64,000 nt of DNA from an uncultured Arcobacter sp. (GTDB lineage Bacteria; Campylobacterota; Campylobacteria; Campylobacterales; Arcobacteraceae), in contig OZ223300.1 in NCBI GenBank assembly GCA_965140705.1, positions 1,632,001 to 1,696,000 of the forward strand, read 5' to 3'. The notes under the pieces are model-generated. The model was not told the origin of the DNA, did not search any database, and was given only the letters and a program-made list of their open reading frames with translations. The stretch's first letter is position 1. Each line of letters opens with the position of its first letter. The position numbers and the translations under genes were made by a program. Below, piece by piece: positions 41,424 through 51,457 of the stretch.

Positions 41424-43475
41424 TTATGAAGCTTTAACTATACCTAATTCTTTTTCTTTTTTGATTTGTGCATTAATAATACCTAATACATCTAAAATCA
41501 ATCCGATGCTTCCATCACCTCTAACTGTTGCAGCACCTATACCTTGAACTGGTCTAAAGTTTTTATCTAAAGGTTTTACAACCACTTGATATTGATTTAA
41601 GAACTCATCAATAGCAATTGCAATTTTTGTGTTTCCTTGTTTTACAACAATCAACATTCCTTCTTCTAATTTATGATATGCAGGTTCTACTCCAAAAAGT
41701 TTATGAAGTTTTACAATTGGTATAAATTCTTCTCTTAACATTAATAAATCTTGTGCACCATCACCAATTTTTTTGATCATTTCTGAAGTTGGTTGTAATG
41801 ATTCAACAATAGAATTTAACGGTAAAATATATCTTTCTTCACCAACTGCTATGTCAAGACCATCTAAAATTGCAAGTGTTAATGGTAACATAATAGTAAT
41901 AGTAGTACCTCCACCTATTACCGTATCAAGATTAATAGCACCACCAAGTTTATGAATATTAGTTTTAACAACATCCATTCCAACACCACGTCCAGAGATA
42001 TCTGTAACTTGCTCAGCTGTTGAAACTCCTGCTCCAAATACCAACATTGCTTTTTCATTATCAGTCATTTTAGATAATTGATTTTCGTCAATCAAACCAT
42101 TATCTAAAGCTTTTTGAGCAACTTTTTCGCCATTAATTCCTTTACCATCATCTTCAATAGTAATTATCATCTGACCATTTGCTTGTTCTGCAGAGATGAT
42201 AATTTCACCCATTTCATTTTTTCCAGCAGCTACCCTATCTTCGGGAGTTTCAATACCATGATCCAATGAATTTCTAATGATATGCATTAAAGGATCTGTT
42301 AACCCTTCAATCATTGCTTTATCAATTTCAACATTATCACCAAAATGTTTAAAATCAACTTTTTTATTCAATTTTTTAGAAATATCCCTTACAACTTTTG
42401 GAAATTTTGAGTATATAGATTCCATAGGCACCATTCTTATACTCATAATAGAATCTTGCATATCTCTAATATGTCTTTCAAGTTGTTCTAATCTTTCATA
42501 TACCGAATTTTGTACTTTATTATCTTCAATTGATGATGTAAATTGTTTAAGCATTGCATTTGTAATAACTAAATCACCTACATTATTCATAAGTAAATCA
42601 ATCTTATCAAGATTTACTCTAATATTATTAGTTGCAGCAGTTGTTTTTTTCTCTTCTCTATTTCTAGTAGGAGTTGGTCTTGATGCTGCTGGCGTAGCTT
42701 TTACAGGTAGAGCAGCTTCTGGTTCTTCAGATGATTTTGCACTTTCAACTTTTTTTACACTAGGTTCTATTTTTTCTTCTTCTGGCACTTTTATAGTAGC
42801 TGTTGGAGTTATTTCCTCTGCATCATCAAAAAAACCAAAGTTATCATTATCTATTTCGTCATCATTTGAAATTTTAATTTTATCATTGAAAAATCCAAAA
42901 GAGTCATTTTCTAGAGAATCTTCAACATCAACGTCATCTTCAAATATTCCATAAGAAGTAGATTCTGTTCTTAGTAGTTCTTTATCACTACTCTCTTCAG
43001 AAGGTGTAGTTTCTGGAATAGTTTCTTCAGATACTTCCTCAATTGGTGCATCCTCTACAGCAGCAGAACCTTCCCCATTTATATAAGCTCTAATTTGAAT
43101 TAAAAGTTCAGAAGTCATTGATTCAAAAGTATTTCTATCTATATCTTCTGCAACTTCTAATTCTAGTATCTCTTTCATAACATCCATACAATCAATTAAA
43201 ACACCAGCCATTTCTGGAAGATATTCAATTTGATGATTTCTCAATTTATCCATCATATTTTCAACATCATGGGTAAATTCTGCAAATAAAGGAAGTTCTA
43301 CAGAAGCACCACTACCTTTAAGAGTATGTACATCTCTAAAAAGTTGTCCCATTTCATCATCAGTAAGTGATCCATTATTTTCAGCTTCTAACAAAACATT
43401 ATCAGCAGACTCAAAAAGTTCAATGGCTTCTTCTAAAAACATCTCTCTATATTTTGATATATCAAAACCAGACAT
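41424..43475 (-). CDS. cheA: chemotaxis histidine kinase
   Basis: FRDVHTLKG Hpt, HIIRNSLDHG, SGRGVGMDVV, C-terminal CheW-like domain, no REC. Confidence 0.97.
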   Translation of the reverse strand: MSGFDISKYREMFLEEAIELFESADNVLLEAENNGSLTDDEMGQLFRDVHTLKGSGASVELPLFAEFTHDVENMMDKLRNHQIEYLPEMAGVLIDCMDVMKEILELEVAEDIDRNTFESMTSELLIQIRAYINGEGSAAVEDAPIEEVSEETIPETTPSEESSDKELLRTESTSYGIFEDDVDVEDSLENDSFGFFNDKIKISNDDEIDNDNFGFFDDAEEITPTATIKVPEEEKIEPSVKKVESAKSSEEPEAALPVKATPAASRPTPTRNREEKKTTAATNNIRVNLDKIDLLMNNVGDLVITNAMLKQFTSSIEDNKVQNSVYERLEQLERHIRDMQDSIMSIRMVPMESIYSKFPKVVRDISKKLNKKVDFKHFGDNVEIDKAMIEGLTDPLMHIIRNSLDHGIETPEDRVAAGKNEMGEIIISAEQANGQMIITIEDDGKGINGEKVAQKALDNGLIDENQLSKMTDNEKAMLVFGAGVSTAEQVTDISGRGVGMDVVKTNIHKLGGAINLDTVIGGGTTITIMLPLTLAILDGLDIAVGEERYILPLNSIVESLQPTSEMIKKIGDGAQDLLMLREEFIPIVKLHKLFGVEPAYHKLEEGMLIVVKQGNTKIAIAIDEFLNQYQVVVKPLDKNFRPVQGIGAATVRGDGSIGLILDVLGIINAQIKKEKELGIVKAS

Positions 43476-43487
43476 AATAACACCTTT

Positions 43488-43856
43488 CTATCTATTTAAA
43501 ACTATATTAACAGCTTTTAGTAATTGATCTGGAACAAATGGTTTTACAATCCAACCAGTAGCTCCTGCCGCTTTCCCTTTTGCTTTCATATCATCACTTC
43601 TTTCAGTTGTTAAAACTAAAATAGGTTTTGTTTTATATTTATCTACTTTTCTTAGTTCACCAATTAATGTCAATCCATCCATATTTGGCATATTAACATC
43701 AGTAATAATTAAATCAAAGTTATTTCCATTTGCTTTTTCTAAACCGTCTACACCGTCTACTGCTGCAATTACATCACTATATCCACCCTCTTTGAGAGCG
43801 TATGTTAACATGTCTCTTAACATAGTCGAATCATCCACTATTAAAAGCTTTGCCAT
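43488..43856 (-). CDS. cheY: chemotaxis response regulator
   Basis: Single REC domain (VDDS, DVNMP, GATGWIVKPF) directly upstream of cheA. Confidence 0.93.
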   Translation of the reverse strand: MAKLLIVDDSTMLRDMLTYALKEGGYSDVIAAVDGVDGLEKANGNNFDLIITDVNMPNMDGLTLIGELRKVDKYKTKPILVLTTERSDDMKAKGKAAGATGWIVKPFVPDQLLKAVNIVLNR

Positions 43857-43926
43857 AGTATTTCCTTAATACGAAAAAATAATATTTATAAATAATAACT
43901 AAAGAACTATTAAATTAGTATAAAAA

Positions 43927-46104
43927 TCAAATATTAGCTGAAGCTAACTCAATTCTGTCTCTACTAACCTTTAATACTTTTAATTCTACCTTATCACCAA
44001 CACTTAAAACATCAGAAACATTTTTTACTCTCTCTTTAGATATTTTAGAGATATGTAACAACCCTTCACCACCTTTTGGCAGTTTCATAAATGCACCAAA
44101 ATCAACTATTCTCTCAACTACACCTTCTAAAACTTCTTCTTCTTTATATAAAGAATCAAAAATAATCTTTTCATTTTGTTTTCTTGAAGAAGCATTATTT
44201 GAAATAGTTTTTATATGTTCACAAGCATCTAAGACATTTTGTTTATTATCACCTGCTACTTTTACATTACCACTATCCCTATCTAAATCAATTGAAACAG
44301 AGAATTTTTCTATAATCTCTTTTATGGTAGAACCTGCTTTTCCAATAACTACCATTATTTTACTAGGATCAATTGCAAATTGTTCCATTAGTGGTAGAGC
44401 TGGGCTTGGAATAATTTCAGAAGATGCTTCTTCCATAAGATTTAAGATATGTTCTCTACCCTCTTTTGCTTGTAAAAGAGCCTCTTTTAAAACACTTAAT
44501 TCTATTCCACCAAGTTTAATATCCATTTGTAATGCAGTGATTCCTGTTTTAGGACCAGCAACTTTAAAATCCATATCTCCATCATGGTCTTCTAGTCCCA
44601 TAATATCTGTTAATACACAATGTTTATCACCTTCAACAACCATTCCCATAGCAACACCTGCAACTAAACCTGATATTGGTACTCCTGCTGCTTTTAAAGC
44701 TAAAGAACCACCACATACTGTTGCCATTGATGAAGAACCATTTGACTCTAAAATTTCAGATACTAATCTAACTGTATCTCCAAAATCTCTATCAATAGTA
44801 GCTTCTAAAGCTCTTTTACCTAAGTTACCATGTCCTAATTCTCTTCTTCCTACACCAAACATAGGTTTTGCTTCACCTACAGAAAATCCAGGGAAGTTAT
44901 AATGAACCATGAAGTTTTCCATAGATGTTGATTTTTCATTTAAGGTTTCAAACATTTGACCATCTTTAGCACCTGCTAATGTTGCCACAACTAAAGCTTG
45001 TGTTTCACCCCTTGTAAATAAACAAGAAGAGTGAGCAGATGGTAAAATATTTGTATCAATAGATATAGGTCTAACTGTTTTTAAACCTCTTCCATCAGCT
45101 CTTACATGTTCATTTATAATCATTGCTCTTACAACTTCTTTTTTTACAATTGAAACTGCTTCATAGACATTTTCAAAAGGGAATTCATTTGAAACACAAT
45201 ATTCATCTTGTGCAATTTTTTTAGCCAAATCTTTTAGTTCAGTTGCTCTTTCACTTTTAGCTAGTTTTTTAACAGCATCTTTTACATCATGCAAATATGT
45301 ATTTTTTACATATGTTATCAAATCTTCAGAAATTGTAAATTCAACTAATTCAACATCAAATTTTTCTTTACAAACATTTTCAAAACCACTTTCATATGTT
45401 GAATTGGCATCTTTTAAAGCTCTTTGTGCAATTGAAATAGCCTCAACTAATTCTTCTTCTGTCATTTCATTTGTTTTATGAACTTTTGAAAAGGCTTCAA
45501 TATCTACTTCTACCATATCTTCAGATGAAATAGATCTCATCTCAATCATAAGAAGTTCATCTTTTGACCCTGCTACATATAAGTCTAAAGTTGAGTTTAC
45601 CATATCTGTAACCTTTGGATCAACTACATATTCTCCATCAATTCTAGCAACTCTAACACCTGCAACTGACTTTTTCACAGGAATATTAGAAGTATATAAA
45701 GCAGCACTTGCTGCATTCAAAGATAGAGTTTGTAAATCAATATCTTTATCTGCACTTAAAACCATAACTGTAATTGTTGTAGGATAAACATAACCTTTTG
45801 GGAAAAGAGGTCTTAAACTTCTATCTATAATTCTTGATGTTAAAGTCTCTAATTCACTTGGTTTACTCTCTCTTTTGAAAAAACCACCTGGAATTTTTGC
45901 TGCTGCATAAGCTTTTTCAATATATTGAACTGTCAATGGAGTAAAATCTTCAGAAACAGGATTATCAAACTCACTTACAACTGTTGCTAATATAACTGCG
46001 TTACCACATTTCGCTAAAACTGATCCATTAGCTTGTTTTGCAACTTTATTAAACTCAAAAATCTCATCTTTTCCATTTAATTCAAACTCACATACTGTTG
46101 ACAT
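43927..46104 (-). CDS. pnp: polyribonucleotide nucleotidyltransferase
   Basis: RIIDRSLRP, FTRGETQ, SNGSSSMA, GDMDFKVAG, KH and S1 domains. Confidence 0.97.
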   Translation of the reverse strand: MSTVCEFELNGKDEIFEFNKVAKQANGSVLAKCGNAVILATVVSEFDNPVSEDFTPLTVQYIEKAYAAAKIPGGFFKRESKPSELETLTSRIIDRSLRPLFPKGYVYPTTITVMVLSADKDIDLQTLSLNAASAALYTSNIPVKKSVAGVRVARIDGEYVVDPKVTDMVNSTLDLYVAGSKDELLMIEMRSISSEDMVEVDIEAFSKVHKTNEMTEEELVEAISIAQRALKDANSTYESGFENVCKEKFDVELVEFTISEDLITYVKNTYLHDVKDAVKKLAKSERATELKDLAKKIAQDEYCVSNEFPFENVYEAVSIVKKEVVRAMIINEHVRADGRGLKTVRPISIDTNILPSAHSSCLFTRGETQALVVATLAGAKDGQMFETLNEKSTSMENFMVHYNFPGFSVGEAKPMFGVGRRELGHGNLGKRALEATIDRDFGDTVRLVSEILESNGSSSMATVCGGSLALKAAGVPISGLVAGVAMGMVVEGDKHCVLTDIMGLEDHDGDMDFKVAGPKTGITALQMDIKLGGIELSVLKEALLQAKEGREHILNLMEEASSEIIPSPALPLMEQFAIDPSKIMVVIGKAGSTIKEIIEKFSVSIDLDRDSGNVKVAGDNKQNVLDACEHIKTISNNASSRKQNEKIIFDSLYKEEEVLEGVVERIVDFGAFMKLPKGGEGLLHISKISKERVKNVSDVLSVGDKVELKVLKVSRDRIELASANI

Positions 46105-46106
46105 AA

Positions 46107-46778
46107 TTATTTATCCTTTATATTTTTAATATCTTCAAAAGTTACCTCTTCTAATTCATTATAATAATAATTAATTGAGATAAAATGATCTAAACTCTCT
46201 ACATAATACAAGTCATCAGCAATAGATTCAATTGTTTGTATACTAGCATTTGGTAGTATAGGAATTGCAACTGAAACTGATTTTGCACCTAAATTAATAG
46301 CTGTTTTAATACAAGCCATCATTGTAAGTCCTGTATTTAATCCTTCATCAACAAGAAGAATATTTTTATCTTTTATATCTTTTATTCTTTCTCCTGATCT
46401 AAATTTACTTAATTTATTTAAAATCATACTTTCATATACATATTTTGACTTTGAATAAATAAAATCTAAACTTAAATCAAAAGAACGAGCAAGTTCTTCA
46501 TGAATAACAACCTCTTCACTCTCTGTTACAATTGCAATTTCACACTCTTCATTGTTTGGTGCCAATACTTTTTCAGTAAAAAGTATCTTAAATTGAGCAT
46601 CTAGTTTTTTAGCAATTATTTTTGCAATTGAAAATCCACCAAAAGATGAGGCAACAACTGTCCAATCTTCTAATCTCATTTTTTCTATTGGTAAAATCTC
46701 AATTAATTTATTTGCAGCATCTTCTCTGTTTTTGAAATATATTTTACTTCCACTACATCTTACTTCAAAATCTTCCAA
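46107..46778 (-). CDS. phosphoribosyltransferase-family protein
   Basis: FKNREDAA N-terminus and PRPP loop LLVDEGLNTGLTM. Confidence 0.8.
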   Translation of the reverse strand: MEDFEVRCSGSKIYFKNREDAANKLIEILPIEKMRLEDWTVVASSFGGFSIAKIIAKKLDAQFKILFTEKVLAPNNEECEIAIVTESEEVVIHEELARSFDLSLDFIYSKSKYVYESMILNKLSKFRSGERIKDIKDKNILLVDEGLNTGLTMMACIKTAINLGAKSVSVAIPILPNASIQTIESIADDLYYVESLDHFISINYYYNELEEVTFEDIKNIKDK

Positions 46779-48875
46779 TTACTTATCCTCTTTTACTGTA
46801 TATTGTTGTTTTAGACCACCAATTGGTTTTAGAGTCAATTCAAGAAAAACTATATCCTGTCTTTTAGAATTTCTTATTGTTGAAGAAGATGGAGTTATCT
46901 CTTTAATATAACTTAAGTCCAAACTCCAACATTTATCATTAACTCCCAAAATAAAAGCTTGTTTATTTCTAAGTTTTTCTTCTATATTATAGTTCTCTTC
47001 ATATGTAAACTTATAGTCTTTATAAAAAGTAAATCCTGTATTTAAAGAATATGATTCCAAGTCTTCTTTTCCAGAATTTGGAGTATTTTTAGACATATAA
47101 TGAGTTGCATTAAAAAAATAATTTTCATAGTTAAATGAAAAACTTGTAGAAGATTCTGTTAATTTATTATCTAAATTACTATATACAATTCTATTTGAAA
47201 TACTTCCTAAGAAATAATTATATCTAATTTCATTCTCCAAGTCACCTAGTTCTGTATTATTAAAATCATCATAAATTATAGATTGACTAATTTTGTGATT
47301 AATTATCTCTTTTAAATCTTCAAGATCGGTCCATGATTGATTTAGGGAAAAAGTTATAGTTTTAGTTGTTTTTGATAAAGGAAAAGGAGATAGTTCACTT
47401 GAAGTATTAGTTAAAGGATAAATATCACCTTCAGATTTTACAACATTTGGTATTACAAAATCTGTATTAAAATTAATTGTATGAATTCCAGTATCATATT
47501 TTTTGACTAAGTTAGTATTTAAGGTAACTTTATGTCTATTTTCTATAAAAGTGGCATTTTTATAATTACCATTAGCATTTGAATAATTAATTTTTGATAC
47601 ACTAACTTCTTCTTGTAAAATTACTCTTAAATAATCATCAAACATAGAAAAGCTATAAGAAATAGGAACATTTAAATCAGTCTTTACTGCATCAATACCT
47701 GTTTGTCTTGTATAATTAGTAGTTTGTAAATCTGCTGAATATAAAAGTTTATCAAAAAATAAGTTATCACTAAAAGAGTGTAATTGAACTTGTGGCAATT
47801 GTTGCAAGGTAGTTTTATTAGAATCTAAATTTGTATCCATATAATGTCTTAAATATGTTCCAAAATAATAATCACTATTTTTATAATAATAATTAACTTT
47901 CGACTCTACTTTTCTCTCAACTGATGAATCTCTTTGACTACTATCCTCCAAATTGTAATATTCAATATCATTTAACCACTTGATTGAAGCATATAATCCA
48001 TCCTCACTATCATTTCCACTAAAAAGATTATTTCTAAGATAATCAATATTCCAACCAAAATGGTTATCATTTCTTAAAGAGTTTTCTTTTACATAATCAT
48101 CTTTTTCTTTAAAATATCCACTTCCAATTTTTAAAATAGAATCTGGTGAATCCGCATATCTATAATATGCATACATACCATATCCCCTATTTAGTCTTAC
48201 TTGTGGAATAAGTTCAACATCATAATTATCAGCAGGAGCTATAAAAATTGGTTGAGAGTACAAAAAACCTTCACTTGATGAATAACCAACTGTTGGTCGT
48301 AAAAGTCCAGTTCTTCTAGTTTTATCTGTTGAGAATCCTATATAAGGAGTATACATTACTGGAATATTTTTAATATAAAGCCTAGCATTATATGCATTTA
48401 GCCATTGATCTTTTGTATCATAATCTGCACTAGAAAATCTTATATTCCAAGCAGGATCAATACAATCACAACTTGACATTATTGAATCTTTAAAATGATA
48501 AGAGTCTTTTTCTTTATTTGCATCGTGAGAAGTTACCCATAATTGTGATTTATTATCTAAAAGAAGTATTGGGTTTTCTGTTACACTTTCATCATTTAAA
48601 TCAACAAAAGCATAATCACTTTGAGTTTGAATTATATTATCTTTTAGAATAACAACATCATCAAAAAGTTCTAAAGTACCATTTTCTTTGTCATAAATCA
48701 CTTTTTGTGCGGAGATATAATACTTAGGAGAAAATATTACTACATCACCCTTTGCTATTACTATGTTATCTTTACTATTTAGGTCATTAGACAGTATTTG
48801 AAGTTTTTCTTTTTGAAAATCTTTTGAATATAAACTACCAAGAAGTATTGGTAAAATTAGAAGTGTTTTATGCAT
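46779..48875 (-). CDS. lptD: LPS assembly protein LptD
   Basis: SSC...PAW, PVMYTPY, RRTGLLRP, C-terminal CW barrel motif. Confidence 0.9.
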   Translation of the reverse strand: MHKTLLILPILLGSLYSKDFQKEKLQILSNDLNSKDNIVIAKGDVVIFSPKYYISAQKVIYDKENGTLELFDDVVILKDNIIQTQSDYAFVDLNDESVTENPILLLDNKSQLWVTSHDANKEKDSYHFKDSIMSSCDCIDPAWNIRFSSADYDTKDQWLNAYNARLYIKNIPVMYTPYIGFSTDKTRRTGLLRPTVGYSSSEGFLYSQPIFIAPADNYDVELIPQVRLNRGYGMYAYYRYADSPDSILKIGSGYFKEKDDYVKENSLRNDNHFGWNIDYLRNNLFSGNDSEDGLYASIKWLNDIEYYNLEDSSQRDSSVERKVESKVNYYYKNSDYYFGTYLRHYMDTNLDSNKTTLQQLPQVQLHSFSDNLFFDKLLYSADLQTTNYTRQTGIDAVKTDLNVPISYSFSMFDDYLRVILQEEVSVSKINYSNANGNYKNATFIENRHKVTLNTNLVKKYDTGIHTINFNTDFVIPNVVKSEGDIYPLTNTSSELSPFPLSKTTKTITFSLNQSWTDLEDLKEIINHKISQSIIYDDFNNTELGDLENEIRYNYFLGSISNRIVYSNLDNKLTESSTSFSFNYENYFFNATHYMSKNTPNSGKEDLESYSLNTGFTFYKDYKFTYEENYNIEEKLRNKQAFILGVNDKCWSLDLSYIKEITPSSSTIRNSKRQDIVFLELTLKPIGGLKQQYTVKEDK

Positions 48876-49311
48876 TTACAACCAATGTTTTTGAAATTTT
48901 ATCATGAAATGTTTGTCTACCATCGTTAAAAAATGCGAATATAAAGCCAATATAAAAAAACATTTCACTTAAAATTCTACCAAATGATCTTAACGCAGAT
49001 TGTATCAAACTTAATTTAGAAAAATCATCATAATCGATAATTTTTATTTTTGCCACTATTTTACCAAGTGTAGCACCATAATACCATACAAAAAATGTTT
49101 GATAAACAAACTTTAAAAATAAAACTTGAAAAACAAACTTATTCATTATAATTAAAACTGAATTTAAATCACTTCCATTATTAACAATTGTATCCCAAAA
49201 TATAGCTAATACAATAAGTGTAATTAACATATCATCAATTATAAAGGCTATAATTCTAGAATTAATTGTTGCAAGTTGAAAATTATCACTGTTTGTTTGT
49301 TTATCTATCAT
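48868..49311 (-). CDS. RDD family membrane protein
   Basis: SRIIAFIIDD, GATLGK, RQTFHDKISKTLVV. Confidence 0.9.
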   Translation of the reverse strand: MIDKQTNSDNFQLATINSRIIAFIIDDMLITLIVLAIFWDTIVNNGSDLNSVLIIMNKFVFQVLFLKFVYQTFFVWYYGATLGKIVAKIKIIDYDDFSKLSLIQSALRSFGRILSEMFFYIGFIFAFFNDGRQTFHDKISKTLVVNA

Positions 49312-49315
49312 AAAA

Positions 49316-50584
49316 CTACTTTAATGCTTGATATGCGATATCTGTTCTACATTTTTTGCCAGCAAAATGAACTTGCCCACAAAGTGCATAAGCTCTATCT
49401 CTTGCTTGTTTTATTGTTGTACCAAAACCAACACAAACTAAAACTCTTCCACCCGTTGCGAAAAGTTTATCATCTTCTTTTTCAACTCCAGCATAAGAGA
49501 TATGAGTATTATTTAAGATATCCTCATCTACAATATCATCTACTATTATTTCAGCAGCTTCACTTGAACTATATGGATAATTTTTACTAGCCATAACAAC
49601 ACCAACACTAAACTCATCTTTAATTTTAATATCAAGTGAACTTAAATCTTTTGTTGCACCTTTATAAAAAAGTTCAGAAACAGGAGTTTCAAGTAATGGC
49701 ATCAAAATCTCACACTCAGGATCACCAAATCTTACATTATACTCTAAAATAATTGGTTCACCATTTACTACCATAACACCTATAAAAAGAACACCCTCAT
49801 ATGGAGCTCCTTCTTTTTTCATACCCTCTAAAGTTGGTTTAATAACTCTCTCTTCAACTTTTTTATAAATGTCGTCATTTACTAAAGGTGTTGGAGCATA
49901 AGCACCCATTCCACCAGTATTTGGTCCTGTATCACCATTCCCTATTCTCTTATGATCTTGAGCTGCTGGTAATATTTTATAATTTTCACCATCACAAATA
50001 GCAAAAATTGATAATTCATAACCATCTAAAAACTCTTCTACAACAACAAGGTTTCCAGCATCTCCAAAAGACTCGCCACTTAACATATTTGAAACTGCTT
50101 CTTTTGCTTCATCTTTTGATTGGGCGATTATTACACCTTTTCCCGCACATAATCCATCTGCTTTTACTACTATTGGTGTATTTTTCATATTATCAATGAA
50201 AGTATAAGCTTCCTTTTCATCACTTGTTTCTATAAAGGCAGCTGTTGGGATATTATATTTTTTTAATATATTTTTCATATAAACTTTTGAGCCTTCAAGT
50301 CTAGCAGCAGCACGACTTGGTCCAAAAATAGTTAAATCATTCTCTTTAAAGATATCTACAACTCCATCTACTAAAGGAGCCTCTGGTCCAACAATTGTTA
50401 AATCTATTTTATTATTTTTTGCCCATAAAGCTAATTCTTTATAATCTTTAATATTTATATTAGTACCTAAATTCTCTGTAGCCCCATTTCCTGGCATAAA
50501 ATATATATCGTGTTTATTCTCTTTAGATATAGCTAATCCAATAGAGTACTCTCTACCACCGCTACCAAGTATTAAAATATTCAC
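49316..50584 (-). CDS. purD: phosphoribosylamine--glycine ligase
   Basis: GTG at 50584 after AAGGA gives [39 protein letters not shown]. Confidence 0.96.
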   Translation of the reverse strand: MNILILGSGGREYSIGLAISKENKHDIYFMPGNGATENLGTNINIKDYKELALWAKNNKIDLTIVGPEAPLVDGVVDIFKENDLTIFGPSRAAARLEGSKVYMKNILKKYNIPTAAFIETSDEKEAYTFIDNMKNTPIVVKADGLCAGKGVIIAQSKDEAKEAVSNMLSGESFGDAGNLVVVEEFLDGYELSIFAICDGENYKILPAAQDHKRIGNGDTGPNTGGMGAYAPTPLVNDDIYKKVEERVIKPTLEGMKKEGAPYEGVLFIGVMVVNGEPIILEYNVRFGDPECEILMPLLETPVSELFYKGATKDLSSLDIKIKDEFSVGVVMASKNYPYSSSEAAEIIVDDIVDEDILNNTHISYAGVEKEDDKLFATGGRVLVCVGFGTTIKQARDRAYALCGQVHFAGKKCRTDIAYQALK

Positions 50585-50610
50585 TATGATTTTCCTTAAT
50601 AATTGTAAGT

Positions 50611-50784
50611 TATCCAAGTAGCCGTTAACCATCAAACCGGCCCTAAAAGCCAAATCTAGCACATAAGAACTAATACTTTAGGAGCAGAAATACTAAAAGC
50701 AAACGCTGCACACCATATCGTTACATTACGCACAAAAAAACAGTATCGGACCCTCAACGATGGAAATCCCGAACTACTTAGATA
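50611..50784 (-). ncRNA. ssrS: 6S RNA (epsilonproteobacterial purD-upstream motif)
   Basis: About 174 nt, GC-enriched. Termini pair (UAUCUAAGUAGU / GCUACUUGGAUA) with G-U pairs on the minus strand; TAAAAT lies just upstream; position before purD is the known Campylobacterota 6S locus. Confidence 0.82.
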
Positions 50785-50824
50785 GTATTATTTTATCTAA
50801 TTATGATTGAATTAAAGATTAATT

Positions 50825-51457
50825 TTATTGAAATGTTTTTGCAAGTTCAATACATGCTTCAATTGATTGAGTAGGAGAAGTTTCATACTTTATATTTTTT
50901 GGCATATATTTTGCTGTTGTATTTCCAATTACAATAGCTTTATAACTCTCATTCCAAGATGTTTTTTCAAAAAAACATTTCACACAAGAAGGAGAAGTAA
51001 AAATTATAATTGAATTTAATGAAGGAGCTTTTATTTCATTTTTATTACAAATAGTTTTATACACTATTAACTCGTTGACATCTATTTTATTATCTTTTAA
51101 AATATTAAATAATTTTGAAACACTTTTCTCCCCTTTTACATACAAAACTTTTTTATTTTTTAATAAAGGAATTAGTTCATATGCAAAATTATCGCCATGG
51201 GAAGATATACCTGTAAAAACTACATTTGAGTTATATTTTTTCAAAATATCAGAAGTTTTTTTTGCTATAGCGTATGAATCCAAATTAGTCCAAGGCAAAG
51301 AGGCTTTATCAAGGGCATAAATGGCATTTTTTGATGTAAAAATCAAAGAATCATATTCCTGTAAATTTATATTAATATCTAAATACTCTATTTCAAAAAC
51401 AGGAAGACTTTCCACTCCTTCATATTTTGCATTTGAAAGTAAAACTATTTTATTCAT
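50825..51457 (-). CDS. hemD: uroporphyrinogen-III synthase
   Basis: YDSLIFTSKNAI, IIFTSPS, AIVIGNTT. Confidence 0.88.
   Translation of the reverse strand: MNKIVLLSNAKYEGVESLPVFEIEYLDININLQEYDSLIFTSKNAIYALDKASLPWTNLDSYAIAKKTSDILKKYNSNVVFTGISSHGDNFAYELIPLLKNKKVLYVKGEKSVSKLFNILKDNKIDVNELIVYKTICNKNEIKAPSLNSIIIFTSPSCVKCFFEKTSWNESYKAIVIGNTTAKYMPKNIKYETSPTQSIEACIELAKTFQ

Noticed and set aside
50585..50662. 26-aa N-terminal extension of PurD in the ORF track
   Set aside because: It runs into the 6S RNA; GTG at 50584 has an RBS and gives the canonical PurD start.
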